From Oscillospiraceae bacterium (GTDB lineage: Bacteria; Bacillota; Clostridia; Oscillospirales; Oscillospiraceae), in NCBI GenBank assembly GCA_029257695.1, contig JARIAU010000059.1:152-64151 (forward strand): a stretch of 64,000 nucleotides of DNA, written 5' to 3'. The number at the start of each line of letters is the position of its first letter. Within the stretch, counting starts at the first letter, position 1. Positions 55,133-63,019 of the stretch are shown here, one piece after another. A program made the translations under genes and the position numbers. The notes beneath the pieces were generated by a model. That model was not told the origin of the DNA. It was given only the letters and a program-made list of their open reading frames with translations, and did no database searches.

Positions 55133-55400
55133 GGATGCTTCACCTCATTGTAATCGTTTTCCACCATCATAGGCCGGTGGTTTGACCTCGGACCAAAGTC
55201 CGCATATGGTTTCTTGGTGATGCGACCGGCGAAACCACGGCAACCAGGGGGCAATCCGCTTCTTGCCCGCCCGGAACTGCAGCGGCCGCAGTGTCGGCAA
55301 CAGAACGAAAGAAACCTCTCGTGTGGTTGCTGTTTGGAAGGAAATCCACGCATCCGGCGCCCAAAAAGGGGGATGCACACTCAAAATGACCAAAATTTAC
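55133..55400 (-). promoter_or_regulatory. structured GC-rich argS leader, possibly a divergent T-box
   Basis: Hairpin GGGCAA-N9-TTGCCC followed by CCCUGGUUGCCGUGG (contains UGGU, complementary to the ACCA end of the local tRNA-Arg). The canonical GGGUGGUACCGCG and a U-tailed terminator are not seen. Confidence 0.3.
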
Positions 55401-55661
55401 AACCTACTGCCGCAGTATCTTCTGCCCATGATCGTAAAAAAACACAAAAATCAGTCTCTGTCGGCCCAATTTTACAGGTTTTTTCATGGGATGATACTGC
55501 TTTTATCACCAAATTATTGTTATCATACCTTGAGATAACAGGGATAACTTCCGATAACCTTGTTATTTTTTTGTATATTTCAGCATTCTTGGGTTCACAA
55601 GAAAAAGACAGTTGGACAACAAAAGTTCAACGACCCACAGAACACAAGAAGTAAAACGGGG

Positions 55662-56951
55662 TCAGGTGGTCTTCTTTGCGGTGCGACGCTGGACCACACT
55701 GCCGTCTTGCTTCTGAAGCATGATGCGGTTACGGAACTCCGTAGGGGTCATGCCTTTATACTTCATAAAATTCATATTGAAAGTCTTGACATTGTTGTAT
55801 CCGACCTCGAATGCAACATCAATGACATAATAGTCGGTAGAAATCAGAAGCTCGCACGCATGGTTGATGCGGACGGCATTCAACAATGCCTCGCAATTCT
55901 GACCGGTGTAGTACAGCATCTGCCGGTTTAGTTCGTGGACAGAAATACCAAACCGAGACGCAATCTGATCCGCAGATAGTTTCTCTGTGGCATAGTTGTG
56001 ATAGATATAATCCGTAGCAGCAAAGGCAACATTTTTCCCGGTAAAATCAAACTTGGATTTGAATTTTCCGTAGAGTTTTCGGTATTTGTTGGGGGATACA
56101 TTCCCGTGGGAAACGAAATGCTTTGACAGATGGGATGCATCCACAAAACCGACCAAGTCGGCAATTTCGTTCAGGGTTAGATCGGTATAGATCAAATAAT
56201 CCGCCGTTTTTTCGATGCGGATGCTGGTCAAAAGCTTGGAGAAGGACGAATTGGTGAGGGCTGCGATTCGCTTGGACAAGTTGGACTCCGACATGAAGAA
56301 GGCACCTGCCACACTGGAGAGAGTGAGCTTCTCGCTGGAGTGAGCGTAGAGATAGCTGAGGATGGATTCGCCGGCAAACATATCCTTCTCATGGTCCTGT
56401 TCGCCACGAATTGCCGTCACATAGCGGCGATACACAATCATCAGTTCAATGATCTTATCGGTGATATAGAGGTGGGACAGGGGATGGGTGGGAGCAACAC
56501 TGTGTGTGGATTCCACGCCCAGCTCTGCCTTGAGCTGTTCAGCAATGCGGTCGATGTATTCCGTCTGCACGGAATCCAGATAGACCACCGGCTCCATGGA
56601 GAGAAACTGGATCAGCTCCGAGCTGTCCTCGGCCATGGCATAGTTGCCCTTCAAGACAGAGTTGATGTATTGAAAGTCATAGACAATGCGGATCAGGCGC
56701 ATGGTTTCCGCCACGCATGTGATCTCTGTGATCTTCCAGGGTGTAATTGCAACCAGTGTGTTGGGGACGATTTTATACTCCACATCGTCCACGGTGATCG
56801 TTCCTCTGCCTTCCTTAATATAAAGGAAGCGAGCGGCCTGATGGATCAGGGCAGGTGTGGGAGTTTGAATGGCTTCATAGTCAAAGGAACAGAGAGTGGC
56901 CGGATCGGATGCAGATGCTTTGCTGTCCTGAAGGACTGCTGGTTTTCTCAT
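55662..56951 (-). CDS. AraC-family regulator with N-terminal cupin-like domain and two tandem AraC-type DNA-binding domains
   Basis: ATG after AAAGGTGG. First DBD ..LTLSSVAGAFFMSESNLSKRIAA...LNEIADLVGFVDASHLSKHFVSHGNVSPNKYR. Second DBD ..LSADQIASRFGISVHELNRQM...VIDVAFEVGYNNVKTFNMNFMKYKGMTPTEFR. Confidence 0.8.
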   Translation of the reverse strand: MRKPAVLQDSKASASDPATLCSFDYEAIQTPTPALIHQAARFLYIKEGRGTITVDDVEYKIVPNTLVAITPWKITEITCVAETMRLIRIVYDFQYINSVLKGNYAMAEDSSELIQFLSMEPVVYLDSVQTEYIDRIAEQLKAELGVESTHSVAPTHPLSHLYITDKIIELMIVYRRYVTAIRGEQDHEKDMFAGESILSYLYAHSSEKLTLSSVAGAFFMSESNLSKRIAALTNSSFSKLLTSIRIEKTADYLIYTDLTLNEIADLVGFVDASHLSKHFVSHGNVSPNKYRKLYGKFKSKFDFTGKNVAFAATDYIYHNYATEKLSADQIASRFGISVHELNRQMLYYTGQNCEALLNAVRINHACELLISTDYYVIDVAFEVGYNNVKTFNMNFMKYKGMTPTEFRNRIMLQKQDGSVVQRRTAKKTT

Positions 56952-56984
56952 CTGTGTAACCCACCTTTCTGATATGTACGGTAA

Positions 56985-57025
56985 AATGAAGAAAAGCACG
57001 GCTGTGTGCACAAGGCACACAGCCG
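56985..57025 (-). terminator. intrinsic terminator after the YfcC-family gene
   Basis: CGGCTGTGTGC-N5-GCACACAGCCG followed by TGCTTTTCTTCATTTTAC on the minus strand. Confidence 0.7.
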
Positions 57026-57073
57026 GCTTTCCAATAGGGAAAGTTGAAGACAGTTGTCCTCGCCTTTCTTATT

Positions 57074-58534
57074 TTACAGCACCATCATGCAAACAGTCAA
57101 GATGGCTGCAAGAACAACAGCCAGGATGACCAGCAGCTTGGTAGCCCACTTGACCCAGGTCTCATAGGGGACACGAGCCAGAGCCAGGCCGCCCATGATG
57201 AAGCCGCAGGTGGGAGTGAACAGGTTGACGAAGCCGTTGGCAGCAACGTTGATCATGATGGAAGTCTCCACAGACCAGCCCATGTTTGCCACGATGGGGG
57301 AAACGATGGGAGCGGACAGGGAAGCCAGACCGGAGGAAGAAGGCACCAGGAAGCTCAGTCCGATGTGGAGCAGATAATCCAGGAAGCCAAAGATCGGTGC
57401 GGGCAGACCGCTGGTGGACAGTGCGGTGACGGAAGCCTCGACCATCCAGGAGCCCAGGCCGGTAGCAGCCATGATGACAGTGGTGGCACGAGCCAGAGCG
57501 ATGACCAGGTTAACCTCGATCATGTCAGCAAAGCCGCTGACGACGCAGGGAACGATCTTGGACTTGTCGTCCAGGCCGATCAGACCAATGATGACGCCCA
57601 TCAGCAGGAACCAAGTGGCAGCATCATCGAACCACCAATCGCCGAAGGCATTGCCAGTCAGGTACTTGGTGAAGCCAAAGAAGTTGTAAACGCTCTCGCT
57701 CAGGCTGCCCCAGGGGATGAAGCCCAGGATCATCACGACGAAGGTGATGGCGAAGATGATCAGGCAGACCTTCTGACGGCCGGTCAGACGGACATCAGCG
57801 GACAGCTCCTCGTCCTGGCCATAAGCGTCCTTGCAAGCCTGCAGCTGCTCGGCGGTCAGGATGGAACCCTTGGTGTTACGGACATGCTTAGCATAAGCAG
57901 TCACGAACAGAGCGGAGATGACATAGGACACGATCCACAGGATGATGCCCTCGGCGTACAGGATGCTCATGTTGATCTCAACACCCACGCCCTCAGCACC
58001 GGCAACAGCAGCACCAGTGGAGAAGGGGTTGATGGTGGAACCGATAACACCGGAGCCAGCGCCCAGCAGGACGGTAGCAGCACCAACAACAGGGTCAAAG
58101 CCAGCAACCAGCATGGTGGAAGCCAGCAGGATGTAGAAGCCGACGGTCTCCTCGCCCATACCATAGGTGGTACCACCGATGGAGAAGACGAACATCAGGA
58201 TCCAAATCAGAGCCATTTCCTTGCCGTGGAGCTTCTTCACCAGCACCTGAATGCCGGTCTCGAGAGCACCAGTAGCAGTGACGATGGACAGGAAAGCACC
58301 CAGGCAGAACACGAAGCCGATAACTTCGCCTGCGGCGTGCCAACCAGCAATGGGAGCCATCAGGATCTGGCTCAGGGAAGCGCCGACAACAGCGACTCTC
58401 TCGCTGGTCTCGGGATCAGTGTAGGTCTGACCGCTGGCGAGCCAAGTGACGATGGAAACCAGCAGCAGAACGGCCAGCAGAATGCCGAAGGTGCTTAATG
58501 CACGCTTCTTCTTTTTCTTAGCAGTATTGGCCAT
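57074..58534 (-). CDS. YfcC-family (DcuC-like anaerobic C4 carrier superfamily) transporter, putative arginine/ornithine antiporter
   Basis: About 12-TM protein with a YfcC-like N-terminus (KKRALSTFGILLAVLLLVSIVTW). Located in an arginine deiminase cluster. Confidence 0.8.
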   Translation of the reverse strand: MANTAKKKKKRALSTFGILLAVLLLVSIVTWLASGQTYTDPETSERVAVVGASLSQILMAPIAGWHAAGEVIGFVFCLGAFLSIVTATGALETGIQVLVKKLHGKEMALIWILMFVFSIGGTTYGMGEETVGFYILLASTMLVAGFDPVVGAATVLLGAGSGVIGSTINPFSTGAAVAGAEGVGVEINMSILYAEGIILWIVSYVISALFVTAYAKHVRNTKGSILTAEQLQACKDAYGQDEELSADVRLTGRQKVCLIIFAITFVVMILGFIPWGSLSESVYNFFGFTKYLTGNAFGDWWFDDAATWFLLMGVIIGLIGLDDKSKIVPCVVSGFADMIEVNLVIALARATTVIMAATGLGSWMVEASVTALSTSGLPAPIFGFLDYLLHIGLSFLVPSSSGLASLSAPIVSPIVANMGWSVETSIMINVAANGFVNLFTPTCGFIMGGLALARVPYETWVKWATKLLVILAVVLAAILTVCMMVL

Positions 58535-58801
58535 AGCAATCTCTTCCTTCTTTCTTCTTTCTAATTTGCATTGCTGCGTTGGTGCGGCAATGCATATTTG
58601 ATCACGGCAACAAAGCGCCCTTGCGATAAGACCCGATTGGGCCCTATTAAGGACGAATTGACTCCGTAATACATGAAATTAGGGAACACGGACTAAAAAG
58701 ATCGATAAAGTCCACAAGTCATGACGCCACTCCCAGAGAACATTGGTTTCTCAGGAAGAGGAATATCGCCATGACGGATTGAACTATACCGAACCGCGGA
58801 G

Positions 58802-58869
58802 TAGTGCAGTGGTCAAAGACCACTGCACTATCTTATGCAACTCCCGGGGCAATGCAGAAGCATTGCCCC
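58802..58869 (-). other. two tandem GC-rich hairpins without U-tails downstream of arcB
   Basis: GGGGCAATGC-N4-GCATTGCCCC (58846-58869) and TAGTGCAGTGGTC-N3-GACCACTGCACTA (58802-58830). Confidence 0.6.
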
Positions 58870-58900
58870 AGAAAGCCGCTTACAGTTCGCTTCTTTTGAA

Positions 58901-59896
58901 TTACTTCAGAGTAGCGTACATCACAGCCTTGATGGTGTGCATACGGTTCTCGGCCTCGCGGAACTGACGAGCCTGGGTGCCCAGGAACACATCGTCGGTA
59001 ACTTCCATAGCTTCCAGACCGAACTTCTCGTAGATGTCCTCACCGATGGTGGTCTCACGGTCATGGAAAGCGGGCAGGCAGTGCATGAAGATGGCGGTGG
59101 GCTTAGCCATAGCCATAACTTCCTTGTTCACCTGGTAAGGCAGCAGCAGCTTGATGCGCTCAGCCCACAGCTCAGCAGGCTCGCCCATGGAAACCCAGAT
59201 GTCGGTGTACAGGACATCGCAGTCCTTAGCGCCCTGAGCAACATCGCTGGTGAACTCCAGAACAGCGCCGGTCTCAGCAGCGACAGCCTGGCAGCGAGCG
59301 ACGAGCTCCTCGGAGGGCATACGGTCCTGAGGACCGCAAGCGCAGAAGTGCATGCCCAGCTTAGCGCAGACGACCATCAGGGAGTTAGCAACGTTGTTAC
59401 GAGCGTCACCGAAGAAGGTCAGCTTGCGGCCGCGCAGATCAGAACCGAACTCCTCGCGGACGGTCAGCATGTCTGCCAGCATCTGAGTGGGATGGAAGTC
59501 GTCGGTCAGGCCGTTCCACACGGGCACGCCGGAGTACTTTGCCAGATCCTCAACGACGGACTGCTTGAAGCCACGGTACTCGATGCCGTCATACATACGG
59601 CCCAGAACCTTAGCGGTGTCAGCCAGGGATTCCTTCTTGCCCATCTGGGAAGAGCCGGGATCCAGGAAGGTGACGCCCATGCCCAGATCGCGGGCACCGA
59701 CTTCGAAAGCGCAGCGAGTACGGGTGGAAGTCTTCTCGAACAGCAGAACGACCTGCTTGTCGGACAGCCACTTGTGCTCGACGCCGTTGTTCTTCATGTG
59801 CTTGAACTCAGCAGCCAGGTCGATCATGTAGTTGATCTCTTCGGGGGTGAAGTCCAGCAGGGTCAGGAAGCTACGTCCTCTGATATTGAGTCCCAT
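58901..59896 (-). CDS. arcB: ornithine carbamoyltransferase (catabolic context)
   Basis: FEKTSTRTRCAFEVG (STRTR), HPTQ, HCLPAF motifs. Adjacent to arcA. Confidence 0.9.
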   Translation of the reverse strand: MGLNIRGRSFLTLLDFTPEEINYMIDLAAEFKHMKNNGVEHKWLSDKQVVLLFEKTSTRTRCAFEVGARDLGMGVTFLDPGSSQMGKKESLADTAKVLGRMYDGIEYRGFKQSVVEDLAKYSGVPVWNGLTDDFHPTQMLADMLTVREEFGSDLRGRKLTFFGDARNNVANSLMVVCAKLGMHFCACGPQDRMPSEELVARCQAVAAETGAVLEFTSDVAQGAKDCDVLYTDIWVSMGEPAELWAERIKLLLPYQVNKEVMAMAKPTAIFMHCLPAFHDRETTIGEDIYEKFGLEAMEVTDDVFLGTQARQFREAENRMHTIKAVMYATLK

Positions 59897-59945
59897 AAAT
59901 TGAGTTCCTCCTTAGAATTGTAAATAAAAACAGATATTGATCCGA

Positions 59946-61178
59946 TTACTCGGCACGGATCAGAGGCATGGACATGCAGCGAGGGCCGCCACGGCCACGG
60001 GACAGCTCGGCAGAAGGCATCTGCAGAACGGTCAGGCCAGCCTTGTCCAGGATCTCGTTGGAGACGTCGTTACGCTCGTAAACAACGATCTTACCGGGAG
60101 CGATGCACAGGGTGTTGGAGCCGTCGTTCCACTGCTCGCGAGCAGCAGCGATCAGGTCGTCACCACCGCAGTAGATCAGCTTGACATCGTCAACATGAGT
60201 GTACTTCTCCAGGATGTGCTTCAGATCGGAATCGACCTCGCGGATCTGCAGGTCGGTGGGATCCTCAACACCAGGAGTGATCTCATAGACGGTCAGAGGC
60301 CCGATGATAGCGGGATGCACAGTGTACTTATCCACATCGATCTGAGTGAAGACAGTATCCAGGTGCATGAAAGCGCGGCAGTCAGGAATGTCGAATGCCA
60401 GCACGGTGCGGATCTTGGCGTTGGGATCAGCAAACAGCTTCTTAGCAACGGCCTCGATAGCATCGGGGTTGGTACGCTGAGAGATACCGATAGCCAGGGT
60501 GTCCTCAGTCAGGTTCAGAACGTCGCCGCCCTCGATGTTACGAGGATCGTTACGATCGGCATAACGAGTGATCAGGCCCTCGAAATCGGGATGATAGTTG
60601 AAGATATAGTCAGCATAGATGGTCTCGCGGCAACGAGTGGGGAAACGCATCTTGTGCATGGTGACGCCGGTGCCGACGGAGGCGAAGGGGTCACGGGTGA
60701 AGTACAGGTTGGGCATGGGATCGACAACCAGAGCGTCCATCTCGGAGATCATGTCCTTGATGGAGTAACGGCAAGCCTCGCCGCCCATCTCCTTCAGGGT
60801 GATGCCGGACATGGTCTTCTCGACCAGAGCCTTGCCCTGGAAGTTAGCGGTCAGGTAGTCGTAGATCTTCTTCTGCCACTTCTCGGTGACGATGTCAGCC
60901 TCGACCATCCACTGGTACAGGAAGGGCTTGACCAGCTCGGGGTGCAGGCTCAGGACCTCAGTCATCAGATCTTCCAGATAGACGACCTCGGTGCCATTGT
61001 TGCGCAGGATCTGAGCAAATGCATCATGCTCAGCCTGAGCGACGCGCAGGAAGGGGATGTCATCAAACAGCAGTTCAGGCAGTCTGTCGGGGACCAGATT
61101 CAGCAGCTCCTGGCCGGGACGATGCAGCAGAACTTTCTTCAGCGGATTGATTTCGCTTCGAACGCAAATACCTTTCAT
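59946..61178 (-). CDS. arcA: arginine deiminase
   Basis: ATG 61178 after AGGAGG. SEINPLKKVLLHRPGQEL N-terminus. C-terminal catalytic GGPRCMSMPL motif. Confidence 0.9.
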   Translation of the reverse strand: MKGICVRSEINPLKKVLLHRPGQELLNLVPDRLPELLFDDIPFLRVAQAEHDAFAQILRNNGTEVVYLEDLMTEVLSLHPELVKPFLYQWMVEADIVTEKWQKKIYDYLTANFQGKALVEKTMSGITLKEMGGEACRYSIKDMISEMDALVVDPMPNLYFTRDPFASVGTGVTMHKMRFPTRCRETIYADYIFNYHPDFEGLITRYADRNDPRNIEGGDVLNLTEDTLAIGISQRTNPDAIEAVAKKLFADPNAKIRTVLAFDIPDCRAFMHLDTVFTQIDVDKYTVHPAIIGPLTVYEITPGVEDPTDLQIREVDSDLKHILEKYTHVDDVKLIYCGGDDLIAAAREQWNDGSNTLCIAPGKIVVYERNDVSNEILDKAGLTVLQMPSAELSRGRGGPRCMSMPLIRAE

Positions 61179-61427
61179 AGTTCCTCCTAAATACATGAAT
61201 ATTAATTTTGGCGCACTACCAGACGCATAGCGCAACCAATTCATGACTACTATCATAATACTTTATTCTATAAGTCAGGATGGAACTTAACCCTAGGTGC
61301 AAATTGTATATTTCCGCCAACATAATCCTAAGTTTAGAGTTTGCTTTTGCGCTGGTTAACATAGAGATTGTTTGAGAATAAACAATAAATGCGAAAAAAT
61401 TGCTATTTTTCAGCGGATTAGAGAGGA

Positions 61428-62543
61428 TTATTGGTTTATTTTGTCCATTGTACAAAGAAACTCATCCAAAGAGACCGGAGCTTTGCCGCTGACCATGTTC
61501 AGAGGGCCTCCTCCGGTCGCGTTCAAAGCTGTTTTGATTTGTACAAAAATTTCCCTTGCCTTTCCGTCGGGAGAAAGGATGGTAAATTGGGTCTGCCCGC
61601 CGCATTCCGCAGCTACGATCACATTCCGAGTGGTGCGGGCAGCTACCGCTTGACTCAAAGCACGAAGGGCCTTCGGATCAGATTCAGGGCAGATCAGCAC
61701 CGGATCTTCGGTGGCCAGCAGCTCTGCTGCTTTGTATTCGTACAGTGCCCGACGCAGTTCGTCCACCTCTTTGGTCAGCTGCTTATTGGCGGAGAGCAGA
61801 CTTTCCAGCTTTTGAGGCAGTTCATCGAAGCCGGCGGTTGCTGCGGTGGCCATTCTGCGCAGAAGGGCATTGTATTCCTGAAGTCGGACATTGACCATAG
61901 GACCACAGGCCACAAATACCTTGGTGCCACGGCCGGAACGGGCGCTGCCCAAAATCGTGAAGCCCAGAATATCCTTGGTTTCATTGACATGTGGAGTGCC
62001 ACAAGGCTGGGTATCCACATCGCCGAACTTGACCATGCGGACTTCTTCAAACTGCTGATATTTGGGGTCGGGATAGTCGCATCCTTTTATATAGGAAATC
62101 TCGGTTTTGAGGTTGTTCAGGATCTGCTCATCCATGAATGCCTGGACCTCGTCCAGATGGCCGGCCGGCAGGTCCTTGGTGTCCAGTTCGTACCACTGAT
62201 TGTCCGGATGGACGCCGATGGCTACAATATGCAGGCCCATGCGTCCATAATAGCCGTCCAGCATATGGAAGGCCGACTGCACAGAAGCGTTGCACCAGCG
62301 GGTCATTCGGTCCACCTCCATGTGGATGGGGTTTTGCAGCTCGCCCTCCACACGATGGTAGAGCACATCGCCCTCCCACTTCAGCTCCAAGACCTTCTGA
62401 CCGTTGATGGTTCCTTCGTCAGGCAGAATACCGCCCTTTTCGCCGTAAAATACGGTGTCCTCGAAGGAATACCAGCCGTCCTGTGCGGTTTTGATGGTGG
62501 TGTCACAATGCAGGTTCAAAAAATCATCATAAACACGGGTCAT
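61428..62543 (-). CDS. AlaX-L-like alanyl-tRNA editing protein (tRNA_SAD + DHHA1-like C-domain)
   Basis: HxxxH region (SAFHMLDGYY) and CGTPH motif of the Ala/Thr-tRNA editing domain. C-terminal GGGPLNMVSG. Confidence 0.75.
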   Translation of the reverse strand: MTRVYDDFLNLHCDTTIKTAQDGWYSFEDTVFYGEKGGILPDEGTINGQKVLELKWEGDVLYHRVEGELQNPIHMEVDRMTRWCNASVQSAFHMLDGYYGRMGLHIVAIGVHPDNQWYELDTKDLPAGHLDEVQAFMDEQILNNLKTEISYIKGCDYPDPKYQQFEEVRMVKFGDVDTQPCGTPHVNETKDILGFTILGSARSGRGTKVFVACGPMVNVRLQEYNALLRRMATAATAGFDELPQKLESLLSANKQLTKEVDELRRALYEYKAAELLATEDPVLICPESDPKALRALSQAVAARTTRNVIVAAECGGQTQFTILSPDGKAREIFVQIKTALNATGGGPLNMVSGKAPVSLDEFLCTMDKINQ

Positions 62544-62629
62544 TTGTCCAGCCTCCTTATCTTTGGTATTTGGTTGTAAAAAAAGAAGCCACAAGTATGT
62601 ACATAGGGTGGAACATACTCGTGACTTCT

Positions 62630-62706
62630 TGGTACGCCGGAGAAGACTCGAACTTCCGACCTTCTGATTCGTAGTCAGACACTCTATCCAACTGAGCTAC
62701 CGGCGC
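62630..62706 (-). tRNA. tRNA-Arg (anticodon ACG), CCA encoded
   Basis: GCGCCGGTAGCTCAGTTGGATAGAGTGTCTGACTACGAATCAGAAGGTCGGAAGTTCGAGTCTTCTCCGGCGTACCA. Anticodon loop CTACGAA. Confidence 0.9.
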
Positions 62707-63019
62707 ATATCGTTTATGCACTAAGAATAGCACTGTGAGCCTGGAGTGGATGGAACGAAACAGCAAAAAAACTTGTACAAAATAGGAATGAAGGCGTTTA
62801 TATTTCTACAACTATGCTAAACCAGAGAAAAGATGGACTAAACCGGATGGAAAAGTGCGAAAAAAGAAGGGGGAAACCGAATAAAAAGCGGCGCAAAAGG
62901 GGTGTTGGCTTTGTATGCCCCAAAATGAGAGAGTAAAACAGAACAACCGTGACTTTGACGAATGTCAGAGCCACGGTTGAAATACATTATAATAATATAG
63001 AAAGGAAAAGAAGAGAGGG

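Noticed and set aside
55424-55507. 27-codon ORF (MKKPVKLGRQRLIFVFFYDHGQKILRQ) on the minus strand upstream of the argS leader
   Set aside because: There is no Shine-Dalgarno sequence. It is most likely chance in AT-rich spacer and is not enriched in Arg codons as a leader peptide would be.
55519-55558. DnaA-box cluster / replication origin
   Set aside because: The repeats match TTATCCACA at only 5-7 of 9 positions. There are no dnaA/dnaN neighbours and no AT-rich unwinding 13-mers.
62847-62936. 29-codon very basic ORF (MEKCEKRRGKPNKKRRKRGVGFVCPKMRE)
   Set aside because: It has no RBS, lies in a promoter/terminator spacer, and resembles no ribosomal-protein or known peptide family.
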